From NCBI GenBank assembly GCA_903858965.1, contig CAIOKY010000075.1, positions 1,319-65,318 on the forward strand: a DNA stretch of 64,000 bases, read 5' to 3'. The translations under genes were made by a program, and so were the position numbers. Positions 11,485 through 23,372 of this stretch are shown here, one piece after another. Source of the DNA: an uncultured Nitrosomonadales bacterium (GTDB taxonomy: Bacteria; Pseudomonadota; Gammaproteobacteria; Burkholderiales; Gallionellaceae). How positions within the stretch are numbered: position 1 is the first letter of the stretch; each line of letters begins with the position of its first letter. Under the pieces are notes generated by a model, which ran no database searches, had not been told where the DNA came from, and saw only the letters and a list, made by a program, of their open reading frames with translations.

Positions 11485-11522
11485 GCGCGCCTTTAATTTT
11501 TTACTTGATAGAGTGAAGAGCC

Positions 11523-12686
11523 ATGAGTGATTTCCTGTTTACGTCAGAATCAGTTTCCGAAGGTCATCCGGATAAAGTGGCAGACCAGATTTCTGATGCC
11601 ATTCTGGACGCTATTCTAGCGCAAGACCCGTATGCGCGTGTGGCGGCAGAGACGCTGACCAATACCGGGCTGGTGGTTCTGGCCGGCGAGATCACGACCA
11701 CCGCGAACGTGGACTACATTCATGTGGCGCGCAATACCATCAAGCGCATCGGCTACGACAACACCGAATACGGTATCGACTACAAGGGTTGCGCGGTGCT
11801 GGTTGCCTACGACAAACAAAGTCCGGACATCGCACAGGGTGTGGATCGTGCTTCCGATGATTTCCTGAATCAGGGCGCAGGCGACCAGGGACTGATGTTC
11901 GGCTACGCCTGCGATGAAACGCCGACCTTGATGCCGCTGGCGATCTATCTGGCGCACCGCGTGGTGGAACGCCAGGCGGAATTGCGCCATGATGGGCGGT
12001 TGCCCTGGCTGCGCCCGGATGCAAAATCGCAAGTGACAATCCGCTATCTGGATGGCAAGCCGCATTCTGTTGACACTGTGGTGCTCTCCACACAGCATGC
12101 GCCGGAGATGACGCTGCCCCAGATTCGCGAAGCCGCGATCGAGGAGATCATCAAGCCAATGCTGCCGAAAGAGTTGATCAAGGGCAACATCAACTTCTTG
12201 GTCAACCCGACCGGCCGCTTCGTCATCGGCGGCCCGCAAGGCGATTGCGGATTGACCGGGCGCAAGATCATCGTCGATACCTATGGCGGTGCGGCTCCTC
12301 ACGGTGGCGGCGCGTTTTCCGGCAAGGACCCATCCAAGGTGGATCGTTCCGCTGCCTATGCCGGGCGCTATGTCGCGAAGAACATCGTGGCTGCCGGTTT
12401 GGCGACCAAGTGTCTGGTGCAGGTTTCCTATGCGATTGGCGTGGCCAAGCCGACCAGCGTGATGGTGGATACCTATGGTACTGGAAAAATTTCCAATGAA
12501 AAACTAACCGAGCTGGTTTTGCGCCATTTCGATCTGCGTCCCAAAGGCATTGTGCAGATGCTCGATCTGCTGCGCCCTATCTATGAGAACACCGCCGCTT
12601 ATGGCCACTTCGGCCGCGAAGAGCCCGGCTTCACTTGGGAGAATACAGACAAGGCAGCGGCACTTCGTACCGATGCTGGTTTGTAA
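11523..12686 (+). CDS. metK: S-adenosylmethionine synthetase
   Basis: [28 protein letters not shown]. Confidence 0.99.
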   Translation: MSDFLFTSESVSEGHPDKVADQISDAILDAILAQDPYARVAAETLTNTGLVVLAGEITTTANVDYIHVARNTIKRIGYDNTEYGIDYKGCAVLVAYDKQSPDIAQGVDRASDDFLNQGAGDQGLMFGYACDETPTLMPLAIYLAHRVVERQAELRHDGRLPWLRPDAKSQVTIRYLDGKPHSVDTVVLSTQHAPEMTLPQIREAAIEEIIKPMLPKELIKGNINFLVNPTGRFVIGGPQGDCGLTGRKIIVDTYGGAAPHGGGAFSGKDPSKVDRSAAYAGRYVAKNIVAAGLATKCLVQVSYAIGVAKPTSVMVDTYGTGKISNEKLTELVLRHFDLRPKGIVQMLDLLRPIYENTAAYGHFGREEPGFTWENTDKAAALRTDAGL

Positions 12687-12719
12687 GCGAAGCGTACAAT
12701 CCGTACGCCGTAGGCGTGC

Positions 12720-12803
12720 TTGTCTTTATTCGGGTGTGGGCTAACTTGCGCAGCAAGTTAAGCTGCGCCAGCAGCGGCCTTAGCCAAAACGCGGATAAAA
12801 CAA
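12720..12803. repeat. Imperfect palindromic intergenic element
   Basis: Arms tttattcgggtgtgggctaa (12725-44) and ttagccaaaacgcggataaa (12780-99) pair at 15/20 plus G-U; inner perfect hairpin taacttgc-gca-gcaagtta. Confidence 0.6.
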
Positions 12804-12865
12804 CCGCATTGGATTCTCGTCGATAATCGTCGCACTGCAAGTGCGCTTGGGAGTAGAATCTGCCT

Positions 12866-14095
12866 ATGCTGAAACGTATCCACACAGAACAATTGCGCTT
12901 GGGTATGCATGTCCATGAGCTTTGCGGCTCGTGGATGGATCATCCGTTCTGGCGCAATGCTTTTCCACTGGAAGACCCGGAAGACTTGCAGGCTATCCTG
13001 ACCACCGGCATCAAGGAAGCATGGATAGATACTGACAAAGGGCTTGATGTCGAAGGCGGAGAAGCCGAGGAAACGATTTCCGCAGAAGTGGAGTCCGTGC
13101 TAGCCCAAGCTGATACGGCGGGCATGAGGGAGCAGCGCATCGACACCGCACAGGAAGCTGCGCGAGCCGTCATGGTTTGTGCCAAGTCCAAGCTGGCCGT
13201 CACCTCGATGTTCCGTGAGGCGCGTATGGGCAAGGCATTGAATGCCGAAGATGCGTTGCCCGTTGTGGAAGAGATATCCTCTTCAGTATTGCGCAACCCC
13301 GGCGCACTGATCGGCCTGGCCCGGCTGAAAAACAAGGATGAATACACCTACATGCACTCAGTCGCGGTGTGCGCGCTGATGGTTTCGCTGGCGAGACAAC
13401 TGGAACTGGACGAGGACCAGGTTCGCCAAGCGGGTATAGCCGGCCTGTTGCACGATGTAGGCAAGATGGTGATTCCAACGGAAGTGCTCAACAAACCCGG
13501 CAAATTGACCGATGTCGAATTCGAGCTGATGAAAAGCCATCCTGCCGAAGGCCACAAGATATTGCTGGAAGGCAGTGGTGTCAGCGATGTCGCGCTGGAT
13601 GTCTGCCTGCATCATCATGAGAAAGTCAATGGCAGCGGGTATCCCGACAAACTGCGTGGCGAGCAAATCAGCCTGTACGCCAAAATGGGTGCGGTGTGCG
13701 ATGTATATGATGCGATCACTTCCAACCGTCCCTACAAAAATGGCTGGGAACCGGCCGAATCAATTCGCAAAATGGCGGAATGGAGTGCAGGCCATTTCGA
13801 TGCGGCGGTGTTCCATGCCTTCGTGAAAAGTATCGGCATATACCCGGTCGGCTCGCTGGTCAGGCTGGAGTCGAATCGCCTCGCAGTGATCGTGGACCAA
13901 ACTACGAAATCACTCCTTACACCCGTGGTGAAAGTATTCTTCTCCATCAAGTCCAACGGCCGGATCGTCCCGGAATTATTAGATTTATCCAAACCGGCCT
14001 GCAGGGACAAGATCGTTTCGCACGAGGATCCTGAAGTATGGAAGATCCCCGATATTCATGAGTTGTGGAGCGGTTTGCCTGCAAAGTCCTGGTAA
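12866..14095 (+). CDS. HD-GYP c-di-GMP phosphodiesterase with DUF3391-like N-terminus
   Basis: YTYMHSVAV, LLHDVGK, HHEKVNGSGYP, VCDVYDAITSNRPYK. Confidence 0.92.
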   Translation: MLKRIHTEQLRLGMHVHELCGSWMDHPFWRNAFPLEDPEDLQAILTTGIKEAWIDTDKGLDVEGGEAEETISAEVESVLAQADTAGMREQRIDTAQEAARAVMVCAKSKLAVTSMFREARMGKALNAEDALPVVEEISSSVLRNPGALIGLARLKNKDEYTYMHSVAVCALMVSLARQLELDEDQVRQAGIAGLLHDVGKMVIPTEVLNKPGKLTDVEFELMKSHPAEGHKILLEGSGVSDVALDVCLHHHEKVNGSGYPDKLRGEQISLYAKMGAVCDVYDAITSNRPYKNGWEPAESIRKMAEWSAGHFDAAVFHAFVKSIGIYPVGSLVRLESNRLAVIVDQTTKSLLTPVVKVFFSIKSNGRIVPELLDLSKPACRDKIVSHEDPEVWKIPDIHELWSGLPAKSW

Positions 14096-14111
14096 GGCCC
14101 AAGCAAGCCCT

Positions 14112-14140
14112 TTAGCAAAAAGTCCCTTTTGCGCTATAAT
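14112..14140 (+). promoter_or_regulatory. sigma70 promoter of the ahcY operon
   Basis: TTAGCA-N17-TATAAT; predicted start site coincides with the 5' end of the riboswitch. Confidence 0.65.
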
Positions 14141-14145
14141 TCGCG

Positions 14146-14228
14146 CCCTTCGAGGGGTGCTGCAGCGGGTCTGGACAACCAGTCCCCCGTCAGGCTCGAG
14201 GTCAGTGGTTCACGTTTCAACCGCACCC
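14146..14228 (+). ncRNA. SAH riboswitch
   Basis: CCTTCGAGGGGTGCTGCAGCGGG...CCCGTCAGGCTCGAGG...CAACCGCACCC: TCGAG/CTCGA stem, GCTGCA and CAGGCTC cores, GGGTGC/GCACCC pseudoknot, directly 5' of ahcY. Confidence 0.9.
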
Positions 14229-14257
14229 ATTCATTAACTTTATGAATGGAGAAACTT

Positions 14258-15700
<1,443 letters not shown>

Positions 15701-15771
15701 GCCATTGCTGTGTTCGCGATTTTACGGGCACAGCTGACCGAAGCAGGCTGATCCAGGAAAAGGGAGCGCAA

Positions 15772-16152
15772 ATGAATCCTCAATTAAAGTTATTGTTGAT
15801 CTGGATGCTTAACGCGCTTGCGTTGCTCGCGGTGGCGAGTTTCGTGCCGGGGATCACCGTGGCCAGCTTTACCGACGCGCTGATCGCGGCGTTTTGCCTG
15901 GGGCTGGTCAATGCCTTGATACGCCCGCTGCTGCTGCTGCTTACCCTGCCGGTCACGATGCTTACGCTGGGATTGTTTATCTTTGTCATCAACGGGCTGC
16001 TGTTCTGGTTTGTCGGCTCGGAGCTGAAAGGGTTTGTCGTGGACAGTTTCTGGCACGGCGTACTGGGCGCGCTGCTGTACAGTATTTTTTCCTGGGCGCT
16101 GTCTTCAGCTGCCGCACAATTGATAAGGAAGCATGAGGTTTCTAATGACTAA
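15772..16152 (+). CDS. Phage holin family (YvlD-like 4-TM) membrane protein
   Basis: LGLVNALIRPLLLLLTLPVTMLTLGLFIFVINGLLF signature. Confidence 0.85.
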   Translation: MNPQLKLLLIWMLNALALLAVASFVPGITVASFTDALIAAFCLGLVNALIRPLLLLLTLPVTMLTLGLFIFVINGLLFWFVGSELKGFVVDSFWHGVLGALLYSIFSWALSSAAAQLIRKHEVSND

Positions 16153-16975
16153 GCAACTTTTCAGTTTTGAATTTTTTCCGCCGCAGACGCCTGAAGGTAT
16201 AGAGAAATTGGCGAACACGCGTAAGCAGTTGGCGGTGCTCAAGCCGGAGTTCTTCTCCGTCACTTTCGGCGCGGGCGGTTCCACGCAGGACCGTACGCTG
16301 GAAACCATCAGGCAGATCAAGGCAGAGGGTCACAATGCCGCACCGCACGTGTCCTGCGTCGGTTCATCGCGTGCGAACATCCGTGCCATGCTGACTACCT
16401 ACAAGGACATGGGCATCAAGCGCATCGTCGCGCTGCGCGGCGATCTGCCATCCGGCATGGCGAGCATAGGCGAGTTCCAGTATGCCAACGAACTGGTGTC
16501 GTTCATCCGCGCGCAGGCCGGCGAGCATTTCCATATCGAAGTGGCCGCCTATCCCGAAGTTCACCCGCAGGCCAAATCCGCGCACGACGATATCGTCAAC
16601 TTCAAGCGCAAGGTCTCCGCCGGGGCGGATTCCGCCATCACCCAATATTTCTACAACGCCGACGGTTACTTCCGCTTCGTTGATGCGTGCCGCAAACTGG
16701 GCATCACCACGCCCATCGTGCCAGGCATCATGCCCATCGTGAGGTTCGCACAACTGGCGCGCTTTTCCGATGCCTGTGGCGCGGAGATCCCGCGCTGGAT
16801 GCGCAAGACGCTGGAAAGCTATGGCGACGATACTGAATCAGTACAGGCCTTCGGTCTCGACGTCGTCACGCAACTGTGCGAGCGCCTGCTTGCCGGCGGT
16901 GCGCCGGGGCTGCATTTCTACACGCTGAATCATGCCGCGCCCGCGCTGGAAATCTGGAAGCGGTTGGGGTTGTAA
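16145..16975 (+). CDS. metF: 5,10-methylenetetrahydrofolate reductase
   Basis: FSFEFFPP, SVTFGAGGS, ALRGDLP, AAYPEVHP, AITQYF, LHFYTLN. Confidence 0.98.
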   Translation: MTKQLFSFEFFPPQTPEGIEKLANTRKQLAVLKPEFFSVTFGAGGSTQDRTLETIRQIKAEGHNAAPHVSCVGSSRANIRAMLTTYKDMGIKRIVALRGDLPSGMASIGEFQYANELVSFIRAQAGEHFHIEVAAYPEVHPQAKSAHDDIVNFKRKVSAGADSAITQYFYNADGYFRFVDACRKLGITTPIVPGIMPIVRFAQLARFSDACGAEIPRWMRKTLESYGDDTESVQAFGLDVVTQLCERLLAGGAPGLHFYTLNHAAPALEIWKRLGL

Positions 16976-18441
16976 TGGGCAATACATCGCAATTCCAATT
17001 CGAAGGCGAAACAAGGCGGCAACGAGCGAGCGAGGAAGACAGTGCAAGTAGCACGACTAGGAGCGAGCGAGGAAGCCAACGCCGTGTCGCCGATGAAGTG
17101 GGATTGCGGGCGCCGGAGTTGCTACTGCCTGCGGGTACGCTGGAAAAAATGCGCACCGCTTACGCCTTCGGTGCCGATGCGGTATACGCCGGACAGCCGC
17201 GCTATTCCTTGCGCGCGCGCAACAACGAATTCCAGCTGGAAGAATTGCAGACCGGCATCCGGGAAGCGCATGCACTTGGCAAAAAATTGTTCGTCGCCAG
17301 CAACCTGATGCCGCACAACGCCAAGGTCAAAACCTATATGGCCGACATGGAGCCGGTCATTGCGATGCAGCCGGACGCGCTGATCATGGCCGATCCGGGC
17401 CTGATCGCGATGGTCCGCGAACGCTGGCCGGACATGCCCATCCATCTATCGGTGCAGGCCAACACGGTCAACTACGCGGCGGTGAAATTCTGGAGGTCAC
17501 TGGGCCTCACGCGCGTCATTCTTTCTCGCGAATTATCGCTGGACGAGATCGAAGAGATACGTCAGCAATGTCCGGACATGGAGCTGGAAGTGTTCGTGCA
17601 CGGCGCGTTGTGCATCGCCTATTCCGGACGCTGCCTACTGTCCGGCTATTTCAACCATCGCGACGCCAACCAGGGTACCTGCACCAATTCCTGCCGCTGG
17701 GACTACAAGGTGGATAACGCCGAAGAGAACGGCACTGGCGACATACAAAAAATTGATTTTGATTTCGACAAGGCGCTGAGCCAGAGCGCGCTGTCCGACT
17801 GTGGTTCGCAACCGCGCCATCCGCTGGCCGACCGCGTATACGTCATCTCGCGCCAGGATCATCCCGGAGAATTGATGCCGGTGCTGGAAGACGAGCACGG
17901 CACTTACATCATGAACTCGAAAGATTTGCGCGCAGTCGAGCACGTCGAGCGGCTGGCCAAGATCGGTATCGATTCGCTGAAGGTCGAAGGCCGCACCAAG
18001 TCGGTCTACTATGTGGCACGCACTGCGCAGGTGTACCGCCAGGCGATCGATGACGCGGTGGCGGGTCGGCCGTTCAATTATTCATTGCTCGGCGCATTGG
18101 ATGCGCTGGCGAACCGCGGCTACACCGACGGCTTTTATGAACGCCACCACACCCATGAGCAACAGAACTACATGCGCGGCCATTCCGAAAGCACCCGCCA
18201 GCAATACGTCGGCGACATCGTGAATTGCGCGAATGGCATCGCGGTGATAGCCGTGAAAAATAAATTCCAGGTTGGCGACAGGCTCGAGATCATCCATCCG
18301 TCTGGCAATCACATCGTCGTGCTGAACGAGATGTACAGCCTCAATGGTGAAACGCTCACCACTGCACCCGGCAGCGGGCATCGCGTGCAGATACCGTTGC
18401 AGGGGGAGCTGGCAAAGGGAATGGTGGCGCGTTTCATCTGA
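16975..18441 (+). CDS. trhP: U32 peptidase-family tRNA hydroxylation protein (TrhP/YegQ) with 43-aa N-terminal extension
   Basis: APELLLPAG, GADAVY, HLSVQAN, FVHGALCIAYSGRCLLS, NQGTCTNSCRW, SLKVEGRTKS; ATG overlaps the metF stop (TAATG). Confidence 0.9.
   Translation: MGNTSQFQFEGETRRQRASEEDSASSTTRSERGSQRRVADEVGLRAPELLLPAGTLEKMRTAYAFGADAVYAGQPRYSLRARNNEFQLEELQTGIREAHALGKKLFVASNLMPHNAKVKTYMADMEPVIAMQPDALIMADPGLIAMVRERWPDMPIHLSVQANTVNYAAVKFWRSLGLTRVILSRELSLDEIEEIRQQCPDMELEVFVHGALCIAYSGRCLLSGYFNHRDANQGTCTNSCRWDYKVDNAEENGTGDIQKIDFDFDKALSQSALSDCGSQPRHPLADRVYVISRQDHPGELMPVLEDEHGTYIMNSKDLRAVEHVERLAKIGIDSLKVEGRTKSVYYVARTAQVYRQAIDDAVAGRPFNYSLLGALDALANRGYTDGFYERHHTHEQQNYMRGHSESTRQQYVGDIVNCANGIAVIAVKNKFQVGDRLEIIHPSGNHIVVLNEMYSLNGETLTTAPGSGHRVQIPLQGELAKGMVARFI
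16988..17108. repeat. Palindromic element within the 5' end of trhP
   Basis: Terminal IR cgcaattcca / tgggattgcg, two copies of GAGCGAGCGAGGAAG, central hairpin gtgc-aagta-gcac. Confidence 0.7.
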
Positions 18442-18461
18442 CCAGGGCGCAGGATATAGCC

Positions 18462-18944
18462 ATGATCTTCTCCACCCTCTCTCAATCCTCCCGCTACGCT
18501 GCACTGCATTCGCTGTTCCCGCGCGCATTCGACTACATCCGCGACACCGACCTGCACGCGCTCGTGCCGGGACACTATCCCATCATCGGCGATGATCTGT
18601 TCGTCATCATCGAGCATGAGCAGGCACGCACTCGCGCAGAGGCGCAACTGGAGTGCCATCGAAAGTACATCGATATCCAGTTGGTATTGGAAGGGGTGGA
18701 CGAGATAGGCTGGAAGCCGCTGGTCGATTGCCGCGAGCCGGTGGACGGTTACAGCGAGGAGAGGGATATCCGGTTCTTTCGCGATGAACCTGATTCATGG
18801 ATCACAACGCCGACTGGCGCATTCTGTATTTTCTTCCCGGAGGATGCGCACGCACCGCTGGTCAGCAGTGGCTTGATACGCAAGGCGGTGTTCAAGATTG
18901 CGCTGAAGGCAGCGCGATCAGCGACCGCCCGATTAGAACGATAA
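18462..18944 (+). CDS. YhcH/YjgK/YiaL family protein
   Basis: LECHRKYIDIQ, FCIFFPEDAHAP, RKAVFKI. Confidence 0.88.
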   Translation: MIFSTLSQSSRYAALHSLFPRAFDYIRDTDLHALVPGHYPIIGDDLFVIIEHEQARTRAEAQLECHRKYIDIQLVLEGVDEIGWKPLVDCREPVDGYSEERDIRFFRDEPDSWITTPTGAFCIFFPEDAHAPLVSSGLIRKAVFKIALKAARSATARLER

Positions 18945-19514
18945 TCTCACGCCGACAAATACACCTTCATCCATCGTGACGTTGGATGCCCCGCTGAAAC
19001 CGAACTCGATTTTTCGGTAGCCGAGATAGGCAGCCGCTTGTGGTATCTCATCGTACTCCAGCGATAATCCTGTTTCGGTGAAGTGGTCCGCGTCGCCAAA
19101 GGTGGTGATGTTCGGGGAGAAATATACTTGTCCGACGATGCCCATGCGATGGATCTCCGGCGGTGAATAGCGCACCATCCCACCCAATGCCAGGGCTGAT
19201 TCGTTGGTACCTGCCGTATGGGCCACCAGTCCTTTGATGCCGACGCCAACAGAAACGCCGGGAACGCTGCTGCCCACTTCATCTTTTACCAGAACGCCAA
19301 AATCGCCGAGCGTATTACTGTGCTGAGCATAGAGAGCACCTACATGGAATTCGGTCTTGCCCAAGGCGTCGCGGCCCATCGGCGATTGATACTGGATCTG
19401 GGCGCTGGTATCGCGCAAGTTGATATCCAGGCTATCCGCCATGGCCGGGGTGCTGAGGGCTGCCATGGTGCTGGCTGCCAATAGGGACGATGCAACAAAA
19501 CGGCATGATGACAT
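18933..19514 (-). CDS. YfaZ-family outer-membrane protein
   Basis: Signal peptide, ALALGG, YFSPNITTF, YLGYR, C-terminal VGVRLSF; GGAG RBS before ATG 19514. Confidence 0.8.
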   Translation of the reverse strand: MSSCRFVASSLLAASTMAALSTPAMADSLDINLRDTSAQIQYQSPMGRDALGKTEFHVGALYAQHSNTLGDFGVLVKDEVGSSVPGVSVGVGIKGLVAHTAGTNESALALGGMVRYSPPEIHRMGIVGQVYFSPNITTFGDADHFTETGLSLEYDEIPQAAAYLGYRKIEFGFSGASNVTMDEGVFVGVRLSF

Positions 19515-19675
19515 AGACTTCACTCCTTCAAATTTTGGATTTAACACACGCAAGCATATCACAGCCAATTCGCATTTCGAACAGGCCGGCGAATCTTAAT
19601 TCGACCCGCTTGGACGAGTGCCAGCCACGATTGGACAGATTGGTTTTGGCAGGTTCCCGGAAGTTCGGCCGGCAT

Positions 19676-20530
19676 TTACAGGTCGAGGTCGAACGCAGTA
19701 TCGCCTTCGGCTATTTTTTCGCCTATCCTGATATTCTTGAAGTCGAACAGGTTGCCATCCAGCAGGTGTGACGGAGCGACATTTTGCATCGCGGTGAAAA
19801 TGGTCTGGCTGCGTCCCGGATATTCGCGCTCCCATGCGGCCAGCATCTCCTTGATGTTCTGCCGCTGCAGATTTTCCTGCGCACCGCACAGGTTGCATGG
19901 GATGATGGGGAACTCCATGCCGCGCGCATAGCGGGCGATGTCTTTTTCGGCGCAATAGGCGAGCGGGCGTATCACGATGTGGCCGCCCTTGTCCGTGACC
20001 AGTTTGGGCGGCATGGCCTTGAGCTTGCCGCCGAAGAACATGTTCAGGAACAGCGTCTCTATCATGTCGTCACGGTGATGCCCCAGCGCGATCTTGTTCG
20101 CACCCAGTTCCTGGGCTACGCGGTAGATGATGCCGCGCCGCAGCCGCGAACACAGCGAACAGGTGGTTTTCCCCTCGGGGATCTTTTCCTTGACGATGGA
20201 ATAAGTGTCCTGGGTCTCGATGTGATATTCCACGCCTAGCTGTTTCAGATAATTCGGCAACACTTCGGCGGGGAAGCCCGGTTGCTTCTGGTCGAGATTC
20301 ATCGCGACGATGCGAAAATCGATAGGTGCGCGCTTGCGCAAGGTGAGCAAGATATCCAGCAGGGTGTAAGAATCCTTGCCGCCGGACAGGCATACCATCA
20401 CGCTGTCACCTTCCTCTATCATGTTGAAATCGGCGATGGCCCTGCCGACGTGGTGCTCCAGCCGTCCCTTGAGGCGATTGAAGTTGGTGGAGTGGTGCTC
20501 GAAATGAATTGGTTGTGTGATGTCGTTCAT
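19676..20530 (-). CDS. ttcA: tRNA 2-thiocytidine(32) synthetase
   Basis: [44 protein letters not shown]. Confidence 0.97.
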   Translation of the reverse strand: MNDITQPIHFEHHSTNFNRLKGRLEHHVGRAIADFNMIEEGDSVMVCLSGGKDSYTLLDILLTLRKRAPIDFRIVAMNLDQKQPGFPAEVLPNYLKQLGVEYHIETQDTYSIVKEKIPEGKTTCSLCSRLRRGIIYRVAQELGANKIALGHHRDDMIETLFLNMFFGGKLKAMPPKLVTDKGGHIVIRPLAYCAEKDIARYARGMEFPIIPCNLCGAQENLQRQNIKEMLAAWEREYPGRSQTIFTAMQNVAPSHLLDGNLFDFKNIRIGEKIAEGDTAFDLDL

Positions 20531-20535
20531 GATCG

Positions 20536-21276
20536 TTAGATATTAATACTCCTGCCGCCATCCACCGCAATGACCTGTCCGGTGATATAAGGCGCGTCCT
20601 TAATTAAAAAGGCGACCGTCTTGGCGATGTCATCCGGTTCGCCCTCGCGTTTGAGCAGGGTGTGCGCGACGATCTTGCGGCGTTGCTCCTCGTCCATCCA
20701 TTCCGCGCTTTCCGGCCATATGATGACGCCGGGGCCGATCGCATTGACGCGCACCTGCGGCGCCATTTCCTGCGCCAGTCCGCGGGTCAGCGCGACCAAG
20801 CCGGCCTTGGCGACACTGTACAGCAGATGACCGCGCATCGGGCGTTCCGCATGGATGTCCGCGATGTTCACGATGCAGCCATGGCGGCGCCGCAACTCGG
20901 GTGCTGCGGCCTGTGCCAGTAACAGCGGGGCTTTCAGGTTGGTACCAAGCAGATCCAGCCATTGTTGCTCGTCGATATCCGCCAACGGGGTCGCATAAAA
21001 ACTTGAAGCATTGTTGACCAGTGCGTCCAGCTGGCCGAATTTTTTGATCACCTTGTTTACCAGCTCCGGTAATGCGTATGGGTCGAGCAGGTCCGCCGGA
21101 AACGCGGCGGTACTTTGCGGGCGCAGCTCATTCAACTCTTTTTGCAAAGCCAGCGCTTCTTGTCCAGAGCTGCGGTAATGCACGGCGACCTGCGCGCCCG
21201 CCGCGTGCAGGTGGCGGCAAATTGCCGCGCCGACGCGCTTTGCCCCTCCTGTCACCAGCACCACTTTGCCTTGCAT
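20536..21276 (-). CDS. Pteridine reductase (FolM/PTR1-like SDR)
   Basis: [32 protein letters not shown]. Confidence 0.9.
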   Translation of the reverse strand: MQGKVVLVTGGAKRVGAAICRHLHAAGAQVAVHYRSSGQEALALQKELNELRPQSTAAFPADLLDPYALPELVNKVIKKFGQLDALVNNASSFYATPLADIDEQQWLDLLGTNLKAPLLLAQAAAPELRRRHGCIVNIADIHAERPMRGHLLYSVAKAGLVALTRGLAQEMAPQVRVNAIGPGVIIWPESAEWMDEEQRRKIVAHTLLKREGEPDDIAKTVAFLIKDAPYITGQVIAVDGGRSINI

Positions 21277-21340
21277 CCCGCTCTCCATTAAACTCGACCA
21301 CCACTCATTAATCCGATTACTTCCGGAATTATACCTGACC

Positions 21341-22495
21341 ATGCCTGCATCTCTACCTGCCCCCAGTCCGGAAGCCGCCCGGCACAGCGCGCACCTGGTT
21401 GAATTCATCCGGCGTGACATCGCCGCACATGGCGGATGGATCTCGTTTGCACGTTACATGGAGCTGGCACTGTACGCACCCGGGCTGGGATATTACGCGG
21501 CGGGCGCGCACAAATTCGGCGAAGCAGGCGACTTTATTACTGCACCGGAACTCTCGCCGTTGTTCGGACGCACCCTGGCGCGGCAAACGGCGGAAATCAT
21601 GTCCCACAGTCGGCGGCACATACTGGAGCTGGGTGCGGGCAGCGGCAAACTGGCGGCGGACATGCTTGCCGAATTGGAACAGCTGGGTAGTTTGCCGAAC
21701 AGCTATGCGATTCTTGAAGTCAGCGCTGATCTGCGCGCGCGCCAGCAGGCATTGATACGCGAACGCCTGCCGCATCTGATGGATTGCGTGCATTGGCTCG
21801 ATGGATTGCCGGAAAGATTCAGCGGCGCGATCATCGCCAACGAGGTGCTCGATGCATTGCCCGTGCATCTGGTGCACTGGCATGATAGCGCCATCACCGA
21901 GCGCGGCGTGGCATGGGGTGAGCAAGGTTTTGTCTGGCAAGAACGCGCCATCAGCGATATTGCTTTATTGCACGCAGCGCAGAAAATCACGGTGCCGGAT
22001 GACTATGTCAGCGAGATTTGCCTTGCGGCACGCGGCTTGATCAACAGCCTCGCGCAACGGCTGGAGCAGGGCGCGATGTTGTTGATCGACTATGGTTTCG
22101 GCGAGAGAGAGTTTTACCATCCACAACGCAGCCGCGGCACACTGATGTGCCATTATCGCCACCGTGCCCACGCCGATCCGTTTTTCCTGCCCGGCCTGCA
22201 GGACATCACCGCGCATGTGAACTTTTCCGATATCGCCGAATCCGGGATCGATGCGGGGATGGAGTTGATCGGCTACACCAACCAGGCATTTTTTTTGATC
22301 AATAGCGGCATTGCCGCCTTGCTGCACGACACGTCGCCGGAAAACCTGCGTACCTATCTGCCTCTTTCCGCACAATTGCAGAAACTCACCAGTCCGGCGG
22401 AAATGGGCGAGTTGTTCAAGGTGATCGCACTGGGCAAAAATATGGCGAGTCCGTTGTGCGGATTCGCCAGTGGTGGCTTGACGCGGTTGCTGTAA
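21341..22495 (+). CDS. SAM-dependent methyltransferase, MidA/NDUFAF7 family
   Basis: ALYAPGLGYY, GDFITAPE, LELGAGSG, DYG, QDITAHVNF, EMGELFKV. Confidence 0.9.
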   Translation: MPASLPAPSPEAARHSAHLVEFIRRDIAAHGGWISFARYMELALYAPGLGYYAAGAHKFGEAGDFITAPELSPLFGRTLARQTAEIMSHSRRHILELGAGSGKLAADMLAELEQLGSLPNSYAILEVSADLRARQQALIRERLPHLMDCVHWLDGLPERFSGAIIANEVLDALPVHLVHWHDSAITERGVAWGEQGFVWQERAISDIALLHAAQKITVPDDYVSEICLAARGLINSLAQRLEQGAMLLIDYGFGEREFYHPQRSRGTLMCHYRHRAHADPFFLPGLQDITAHVNFSDIAESGIDAGMELIGYTNQAFFLINSGIAALLHDTSPENLRTYLPLSAQLQKLTSPAEMGELFKVIALGKNMASPLCGFASGGLTRLL

Positions 22496-22559
22496 AGAAA
22501 ATGGCTCGGAGAATACCGTGTTTGGAGGGTGGACGCTAAAGAAACAGGGTGTCTGTGTC

Positions 22560-23162
22560 CTAGTGAAAGAAACGTAAACCCACATTCATTACTGGATCAT
22601 GCCCAAACAAATCTACCCCGAAGGCCATCTGGATTTTCGGCGTAAAGTTAAATCCTATCTGGGCATTGAAGAAGGTATCCGTGTTCGTATAAGTACCATT
22701 CGACCTGCGTGCATGAACTACCGCCAAACTGCTTTCAAGTCCATGCCCGAACTGTGCGCGTACGCCGGTACCGAAGTCATAACTGTTCGCGCTGAGACTG
22801 CTCCCTGCCAGTTTGGCCGAACCTGCAACGATGTTACCTTTGATGATCGCATCAACCTTGGACGTTGGCGTATCTTCCAGTGGAGTGTGGTATCCGGCGC
22901 CTAACGATATCGATTTCATTTTTTTATCACCGGCGATCGAGAGCCCGTGCTGGGTACCGCTGCCATACGAAGCGTCAAGGTAGGTGGTACTGGAAACGCT
23001 TTTTGCATAGCCAAGATTGAATTGGACCAGGCCGGGATCGCCATTGCCGTAATTTGTGGTTGAATAACCGATATCAGTCTCATTGTAATTAAGCGCAGCC
23101 CAAGCGTGTGCTGGAATCAACGTGCCAGAGAGTGCCATTACGAGGAGAGCTTTCTTCATCAA
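22560..23162 (-). CDS. Outer-membrane beta-barrel protein
   Basis: Signal peptide, ALNYNETDIGY, SLGAGYH, FGTGVR, C-terminal VGLRFFH. Confidence 0.75.
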   Translation of the reverse strand: MMKKALLVMALSGTLIPAHAWAALNYNETDIGYSTTNYGNGDPGLVQFNLGYAKSVSSTTYLDASYGSGTQHGLSIAGDKKMKSISLGAGYHTPLEDTPTSKVDAIIKGNIVAGSAKLAGSSLSANSYDFGTGVRAQFGHGLESSLAVVHARRSNGTYTNTDTFFNAQIGFNFTPKIQMAFGVDLFGHDPVMNVGLRFFH

Positions 23163-23372
23163 TCTTCCCTGAATTAATTAGTGTAATTATCAAGCTTCCG
23201 CATATTTACTGCCTGGGGTCGCAACGGCGGTTTGCTGAACTTTAGCACATTGCTTTCTTGCTTGTTATGAGCAAAGTGTATTGATTGCTGGGAAATTTTA
23301 CCTCATCTTGTTCGCACCCATGGTGGGTAATCCGCGCAAGTTGCACCGTTAGTCCAAGTGGCGGGGCATACA

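Noticed and set aside
11485-11522. SAM riboswitch upstream of metK
   Set aside because: The leader is under 40 nt, AT-rich and unstructured.
12849-12868. Leaderless start for the HD-GYP gene (TAGAAT 6 nt before ATG)
   Set aside because: A GGGAG Shine-Dalgarno-like motif is also present, so the evidence is ambiguous.
15772-16152. Prophage suggested by the 'phage holin' gene
   Set aside because: No endolysin, integrase or structural genes; it sits between ahcY and metF.
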